Shown in pieces: positions 36,601 through 45,600 of a DNA stretch of 64,000 bases (the first letter of the stretch is position 1; the number at the start of each line of letters is the position of its first letter). Below the pieces are notes generated by a model that saw only the letters and a program-made list of their open reading frames with translations, did not search any database and was not told the DNA's origin. The stretch comes from a virus. The DNA is taken from the IMG/VR virus record IMGVR_UViG_3300044712_000538, positions 1 to 64,000 of that record; one strand, written 5' to 3'. Made by a program: the position numbers and the translations under genes.

Positions 36601-39600
36601 TTTGGCGGTAATTCCCGCTTGACGGGTGATAAAATTGGCGGCCGGGAAATGCGCCAGTACGCAATGAAGCGCCTCCGAAAAAAGTCGGAAGGCGGCATTC
36701 CCATTGACAAATACGTTCTCCAGCTTGCCGAAAAATGGGGCATTCCTCAGGGACAAGAAACGGACTATATCAATACGGTTATTGACCTGATATTGGAGCA
36801 TCCGGGACAGGCCAGCGTTATTTCTCGGCTGGAAGCCCTGCAGAGCGGTGCCAAAACACAGGAAGAGTATGATGCCTGGCTAGAAAGAAAATATGGAAAT
36901 GCGCAGGCCGCGAAGGATGCATTGGATGCCATGGATGACGACCTTACCGAGGATGTAAATGATGTAATTGAAAAGATTGACCAGATTACAGACGAAGAGG
37001 CAGAAAGCATCGCGGATGGAGCGATGAACAACTTCATCGACGAAAACGGGAACATCGATCTCTCCGCGATAAAGACATTCCTTGCCAGCGATGAGTTTAA
37101 CGCAATGCCTGAAAAGGTAAAATCAATCATAAAGGAGGTTACAAATGGACTCGACCAAGCTGAAACAGACACTCAGGATGATGGCAATACAGATAGCAGC
37201 GAAGAAGAAGACCAAGACGAAGAAGAAACGCCGGAAGAGTTAAAAGACGCCTATCAGACCGAGAACTACAATGATCTGGTGAAGGCGTGGGAAAGCGGAA
37301 ATAAGATATATGCGGTATCGGAACAAGATGAGGCCCCAACCCCTGTTACCAGTTGGGAAATGCTCAATAACTATCCCCTTGATGCATTGTGGATTGTTGA
37401 CCAGCAGGCCGAATCTCAATCCGAAAATGTTGTTGCTCCCAAGAAAGAAACCAAGGCTAAGGTCCGGCAGGAAACAAAAACTAAGCTGGCTGATGAAACA
37501 AAAAAGGCGCTGGATGACTTCCTTGATGCCTTTGATGAACTTGGCAATCTTGGGTTTGCATATGATCCGGAAGAGCAAGCCAAAAAGCAATTCAAGCTTT
37601 ATACTGCTGGCGCAAAGTTTGTTGCCGCCATGGCCAAGCAGGGCATATACCAGTTTAAGGATATGGTCCTTACCCTTGCAGAAAAGATGGGCGAAATACC
37701 CGGTGAACTTTTCCAGGCATTGAAAAAGGCATATGCTATGGCCTATGCTGATGATGAAACGGGCCTGATGGAAGATCCGAAGACATTGCGGACGCTTACG
37801 CTGGAAGACATTCTTGCGGAAAAGGATGATAGCAATGAATTATCTGGAATCGAAGCATTTAAAGAGGCTTTCCATAAGAATCTTTTTTCATTATGGGCTG
37901 ATTTATCAATAAACCCTGATGCAAATCCCCGTCCATCAAACATTATTGACCTTCGGAATATGGCCGTTGAAGCAAACTGGACTGGTGAAAACGGACTACC
38001 GGCTACGGACAATGAAATATTTGAGGCGGTTGAATCTGTTTTGATCAGATTTTCAAGGGAAATTGTTGCCATGTCTAAGGATAACCAAAAGGTTATGAAA
38101 AACCTGATGACGCTTTATAAAGTTCAGCCAACAATTTCAATGCGAGATAGCGACAGGGTAATGCTCCAGCAATACTCTACGCCTATACCATATGCATACG
38201 CTGCTGGCGTGTGGATGAAAAACCAGAACAAGTATCTTGAACCAACGGCCGGAAATGGCCTCCTTACGGTCGCCTTGGACCCGTCTAAGGTCGATGTGAA
38301 CGAAATCGACAAGACGCGCTTTGATATGCTGGCCGATCAGGGATTTTCATCAGTATCAAGCCGCGATGCCCTGGAGGGTTTTTCTGGAAAATATGATGGG
38401 ATAATTGCCAATCCACCGTTTGGGTCAACGGATAAAATAACCACCCAAGACGGGTATCCTATATCCGAACTCGCGCAAAGAATTGTTTATGAATCGTTAA
38501 AAACGCTGACTACAGACGGGAAGGCATCATTTGTCATAGGTGGACATACAGAATATGACGAAAAGGGGATCATGAAGGGGCGGGATCGCTTTTTCTTTAA
38601 CTACCTTTATGACAACTTCAATGTTGTCGATGTTATAAATGTAGCCGGAGATCTGTACGGCAAACAAGGAACCACATACCCTACCAGGCTGATTCTTATC
38701 GACGGAAGAAGGAATGTTGAAGGATCGCCAAGGAAAGAAACTCGGCATGCTCCGATGAAGTCCGTTAAAGGATTTGAAACGGTCGGACTGCAGGCTCCAG
38801 ACGATGCCGTTATATCCAGCTACCCCGAATTACTTAACCGTGTCTTAAAACCTAAAGACTATGGCCAACAAATTGATATTCCATCCGGAATGGACACCGA
38901 CAAGGGATCTGGCAACAATATTCCTGGCAACCGGCCCGGAGGACGCAACCAAGGAGGATCTGGTGGAAGAAATACTTCCGGCACGGTATCGAAACCTGGC
39001 AAAGGAGTATCTCAGGGAGGGGCACGACCTCCAGTATCTGGAAACCTATTTGCCGGAAGCGACGTTCAGAAGCCATCTGAGTCCAAATCAGGTCGCGCAG
39101 GAAATAATGGTAACGCCGCAGTTTTTGAGGGCCAAGGAAATGCTTTACCTCCAGGAGCCGGTCCCCGGCCTGCAGTTAGACCGGAAGTTGGCCGGACAAA
39201 TTTACAGGGACGCAACGCTCCTGACGCTGGTGGAAGCTTTGCAGGAGTTAGAAATGTAAGCATCGAAAACCTGTCTTCCGAAAACGTAGAATACATCCCG
39301 TCTAGCAATATGCAGTTTGAGGTTGGTACGGTTATCCCGCCAAAGATGGCGGTTGAAGTGTATCGGCATCAGGACATGCTTATTGAAATGTATGGGAACC
39401 TTGCCGATTTTGTTCAATCTGAATTAGAGTACGAGCCGGATGAATTTGCTGCTGCTTTTTCTTCCGAACAGGTTGATGCTCTTGCAATGGCCATACATAA
39501 GGCCAAGATGGGATCTGCAATGATTATCGGTGATCAGACTGGTGTTGGTAAGGGCCGGATCGCTGCCGGCATGGTCCGGTGGGCAGTAATTAACGGGTAT

Positions 39601-42600
39601 AAGCCGGTATTCATTACCGCAAAAGCAGATCTTTTTAGCGATTTCTGGCGAGATCTTAAAGATACCTTTAACGCACACCTTCGGTACTTTATCGTTAATA
39701 ATCAAACTCCGGTTACGGAATATCACCTTGATGAGAGTGGTGATGAAGTTCCTGTTGATATATTCCGTTCACCAGAGAAGTCAAATCCAGACTACAAGAA
39801 GATTCTTTTTAATGAATCGGAAAATTCGCAAGATTCATTTGATTTTGTCATGGCTACCTATTCTCAGTTTTCTGGAAAGAAAATGGCCGACAAAATAGGG
39901 TTCATGAAAGGGATGCTCAAAAGAGGATTCTTCATAATGGATGAATCACATTGGGCATCTGGAGATTCAAATACTGGAGAATTATTCAGGGAAATGACTT
40001 CAAGCGCCGATGCCGGGTTGTTCCTTTCTGCAACATTCGCAAAGAGGCCTGATAATATGCCGGTATATGCTACCAAAACGGCAATGAAGGATACTGGGCT
40101 TGATGATGAGGCTCTTGCTGACGCGATATTGTATGGCGGTCCGGCGCTGCAGGAGGCAGTTGCGGCGCAGCTTTCTGAAAGCGGAGAAATGATCAGGAGG
40201 GAGCGCGACTTTAAGGGTGTTGAGATAGATTATATCCCTCTTGACAAAGAAGGAGAATCTTGGGGGGTAAAAGACCAGAGCGAATACCATTGGGATGTTT
40301 CCAGGAGAATGTCTGAAATGATGATGGACATTATCCATTTTCAGAGGCATCACATTCGTCCGTATCTTGATGGTATCCGCGAGGCGGTTAAGGAATCTAA
40401 TCCAGAAATGAGTATAACCAATACTCCGTTTGCCTCAAAGGTTTTCAATATCAATAAGCAAATGCTTCTTGCCCTAAAAGCTGACGCATCGGTTGACTTG
40501 GCTATTAAGGAATTGAAAGAGGGGAAAAAGCCTGTAATATCCCTTTCTTACACAATGGAATCATTCCTGTCTGAGGAACTTGCCGTTGGTGATGTTGTCC
40601 CGAGGTTTGATTTTTCAAGTATCCTTATAAAGGGGCTTGAAGGAACTCTAAAAACAAGGACCCAAAATGGTTGGGGGAAGGTAACCACATCGAAAATAGA
40701 TATTGCGTCGCTCCCTGAGGAGTCCCAGGCCGCATACTGGTCGCTCGTTAAAAAGATTAAGGACAATACCATTGACTTGAACGCATCGCCTATTGACCAT
40801 ATAACGCATCGTCTTGAAAAGGCTGGATATTCTGTTGGCGAACTTACTGGCCGGCAGACAAGGCTTGTTCCGGTTGAAGATGGAGGATGGGCAATGACGA
40901 AATTCAAAAAGAGGAACAAGATAGATCTGGTTAAGAAATTCAACTCAGGGAAGATTGATGTAATTATCATGAATCGTTCCGTGGCTCAGGGTATTTCAAT
41001 GCATGCGTCATCGAAGTTTTCGGACCAGCGGCAGAGGGTGATGATTATCACAGAGCCAGAACTTGACGTAAATGATGAGATCCAAAAGCGCGGTCGTATT
41101 GATCGGGTTGGACAGGTTGTAAGGGGGGCGTATAGGTATCTTGTTTCATCAATCCCCGCCGAGCAGCGATTGATGATGATGTTCAAAAAGAAAGTAGCCA
41201 GCCTTGATGCAAACGCAAAGACAACGCAAACAAACAAGGCCAATGAAGTGAAGGTTGTTGACTTTTTGAATAAATACGGTGATCAGATTGTTGTTGATTA
41301 CTTATTTGAGAATGCTGCACTTAATGATGAAATACTTGATCCGCTAAAAATATCAGATCAGATCTTTTCTGGCGAACGCGATTACAAGCCTCAGTCCGGA
41401 GATGCCCATAAGGTAACAGGAAAGGTTGCGCTGCTTTCTCCAGAAAAGCAAAAGCAGTTTTACGATGACATTTCAAATCGGTACACCGATTTGATGAATA
41501 GCAAGCTTGCTACTGGAGAGTGGGATCTTGAATCAGAGGTAATGAAGCTGAACGCAGAAAAGATCTCTTCAAATATCCTTATTGAGGGAAACAACAATAG
41601 TCCTTTCTCGCGCGACGTTATTCTTGATGAATATGAAATTGACGTTCCGCGCGTTCCGATAAAAAAGGAAGAGTTAATCAAAATGGTTAATGACGAAAAA
41701 GCCGGAAATGATGTTGCTGATTATACCGCTGAAATAATAGACAGGGTTGAGGAGTTTTATGAAAAAAGGAAAGAGGCCATAAAAGAAGATATTACAAAAA
41801 ATCTACTTGAAAAAAGGATACTGATTGTTAATACGATAAGGGCAAAAATGACTGAGAAGAACGCCCCGGCCGAAGAGATTGAGCGTGCGGTAAAAGAGGC
41901 CGAGGAGAGAAATGATTATGAAAGGGAGGAGAAGATAAGGGCTGAGTTTGCGAAAGCTAATAGCTACAAGGACAGGCTTACTAGGTTTGCTAGGTTTTTC
42001 TACCCTGGAAGATCTGTCCGGTTCCCGGTAGGAGAAGGGAAGAACATGGTTACGCACCCTGCCGTTTTTGTTAAGATCTCGTTTTCGGAAAAAGGAATAT
42101 CCGAAAGCGATAGCATATACAGGCTTTCTCCGTCTGGAGTAAAGTTCCATTTTGCCGTCGATAGCGAGATTGTAAGAGATCAGCGTCCGGCTACATCAAA
42201 CGATTGGTTGTATGAAGCCATGATGAACTCTCAAATGGACTTTGAGAATAACCTTGATAATTGGGGCAAGTTTTCTGGAGGCTTAAGGAGGAAGGCGAGC
42301 ATCGTTTCTGGAAACCTTTTGAAGGGGTACGGAACTGTTAAGGTAGGGCGCGTTGTGAACTTTACTACGAGCGAAAATGATATTGCGAAAGGAATATTAA
42401 TGCCGTTTGGCGCTACTGCTGGAGAAGGGTTTAAGGGTAAAAGAATTGTTCCAATATCAAAGGCCATATCTATCCTTTTGGGACAGAGGGGTGCGGTATC
42501 TCTTGGCAAAGATGGTTTTTCTCTTTCCTTTTATGGGAAAATAATGAGCATAATCGTTCCTAAGTCAAGGAAAGAGGGCGGCGTTATATTCACCAATAAG

Positions 42601-45600
42601 GAAATACTCGACATAACCGGACCGTTTTATCAGAATGGAGGAAGCATGATTCAAGAGGTAAACGGTGAATCTTCTGCAAAAAAGGTTGGAGAGGTTCTTA
42701 CAAAATTGGGTTTTACCGCCGTAATTGATGAAAAACACCTTCCCAAGTCAGATGGCAATATAAGCAAGCTTGTTTCGGCTCCGGCTGGCCAGCAAGTAAT
42801 CCCATCAAGGGTCCCGGAAGAGTATATTTCAAGTACGCCCATTTCTCTTGAAGACATGGGTATTGGCCCGAATGATACTGCAGGGGAGATTGTTGACAAA
42901 ATGATTTCCTATGGCGGTCCGTTTACCGAGATCTTGAAGTTCATACGGGCTCTTCCTGGATTTAAAGACATAAGCATCCAGCAAGTTGAATCGCTTGACG
43001 CAAACCATCCAGTTAGGAAAGTAATTGGTGCGCTCGCAAGCGATGCATCCGGCGTTTACTTCAATATGAAGGACCGTCCGGACACAATCGTAACAGAAAT
43101 AGCGGGGAAGCCTATACAGGGTATTGTGGCTATTAATCAGGGTAAAACCAATAACGCATACTATACCCTTACGCACGAATTGCTTCACTTTTTGACCATC
43201 GATGGCATCGACTCAAAAGATCCTGAGGTCAAAAAGAAGCTTAAAAAGCTGGAGGACATTTACCTGTTTATGAGGTCTAAGCGGGATCGCTGGCTGATGG
43301 ATGCCATGGAATCCTCTTCTCAGCTTCCTGGCGGGGACAAAATGCCTGGAAAGAATGTTGAACTGGCTGGCGCGCAAAAGGAACTGGATGGAGCCCTGAG
43401 GGAACTGGAATCGGCCAAAAAGGCTTTTGATGCAAAGAGGAAGGAACTGGATAAAGGAATCGTTGCTGACCAGACAGATCTTTTTGGAAACCGGAAGAGC
43501 GATACCGGCAACTCTCTTTTTGATGAAAGGGCATCTCAATCAGGCCGCGATGCTGCCATGAAGCCTTTCCGCGACCGGCTGAACAAAGCTGAATCGGAAG
43601 CCAACCGTCTTCGGAAAAAAGTCGAAGGTCTTTTGGCTTCTGGCGGCGTGAGCCAGGGCGATCTTTTCTCGGCATTCGGATTTGGTCTGCAGGAATCGTA
43701 TGGCTTTACCAATTTTAGGGAATTTATGGTCGAATTGCTTATGAACCCGATGTTCCGGGCAAACATAAGCAACATAGCGGCACGGTCCGAAATGGAATTT
43801 GCGAATGCAATATGGGCTGGCGCAGATCCGGACAAGAGGTCTATTTTGGCAATGATTAAGGACTATATCCGGTCCCTGTTCAAATCCATTTTTGGAAAAT
43901 CATCTGTAAACCTTAACTCCCCGCTGGTTGATCAGGCGGTTACGCTGGCTGAGGATATTTTCTTCTCCGGGGAAAGCATTGTTGACCGGGTGTACGATAC
44001 CGAGGCGGGGAACTACTTTACCATATACAGTAACTACAATTCTGGACGATCCAGCCGTGGACCAGCATCGAAAACACTTTCTTTCTTCCCCGGATCTGGT
44101 GGCCAGGATACCGATTTCATCCTCAAAAACTATATCGCTCGGAAGGTTGTCGAGGGCATATTGTCGGATGCTACCATTTTGAATGTAGTTCAACGGCAGG
44201 GGATGGACCCGGTACAGGCAAAACAGATCATTGATCAGTACCGGAAGAATCCTCCCGGCAAAAAGGCAATGGCGAAGCTTTCTACGTTGGCCAGGGCTGA
44301 AAAAGTTGGCCCGGTAGAAGATGGCGAAAAGGAAAGGAAGCTGAATCGAATGATACCGGTATTTGATCCAAAGGGTATAGAAAGGATCAATGAGCATGCA
44401 ACAAGGTATTTGCCGAAGTCAATGAAGGTAAGCATGGAAGAGGCAGACAAGTTTATTGTCAATATCCCGACCCAAGATCTGAAGGACTTTGCAACCAATG
44501 TTCATAGCGTCCTGAACACCCTTCCGATTGACGTTCAGACTGCAATACGGATCGCGGCAATCCTGCGCATGCAGAGCGAGGTTACTTTGCTCCGGGCTCA
44601 GGGCGATCACGCCCAGGCTGATCGGGTTTCAGAAGATAGTGCCGAGATCTGGAATCACATGACCCCGCTTTCAACCGAATTGGGCCGGGCCGTGAATCTT
44701 TACAAGCGTCTTATCTCCGACCCGGCATTCTCTAAAATGTCCATCCAAAACAAGTTCAGGGCGTTTGTGGCTATGGCCGAAAAGGCTATTGGCCGGAAGC
44801 TTACAGATGGGGAGAAGAAAAAGTTGTTTGAAATGTTCCAAGCATGGGACGCGGCCCCGGACGGAATTGGAAAGCAAATTGCCATGGCCAAGATTATGGC
44901 CTACATCAATACGCTCCGGCCGATTAATTTGTGGGATCTGCTCACAAACATATGGTACTCAAAAATCCTTTCGGGACCGGCGACGCACTTTACTAACCTG
45001 TTCAGCAATATCTTCAACGGTCCGATGGAAATGTTTGTCCAGTCGTTGGCCATTGGGAAGAAATACAAGTCCAATCCTGGGAAAATTGCCTTTGATCTGA
45101 CCAAGGCTTGGTTCTCCGGGATAAGAAAAGGGTATGTTGAATCGAGGCACATTATGATTTATGGCCCGACGAAAGAGGAATCCACCAAGCTATACCAGAA
45201 TCACCTTATGGAGGAACTGGACTGGACGAAGGCGAATATTCCGTCATTCTGGAAAAAAGTCCTGAACTCGCCAGTCCTCCTATCCTTTAATCCTAAGATC
45301 TTGAAGTATGTCGGCCGGATGCTGGCTGCAGAGGACGCTATGCTCCAGAATGCCGGTGAGCATTCTTTTGCTGAGGTTCTGGCGTATCTGGAGGCCGCGA
45401 AGTCAAACAAGGGTGCCGACAAGAAGCTTTTGAAGCAAATGGCTCAGGCCATGGTGGCCAGCGATTCCATTTCATATGCCAAGGCGCAGCAGCAGGCATT
45501 AGACGAGGCCGTTGCCGCGCTGGATATGCTCCGGGATATGAGGTCCGAGGCTGAAATAGCTGGTAACATGGCTGAGGTAAAAGCTATTTCCAGGGAGATT

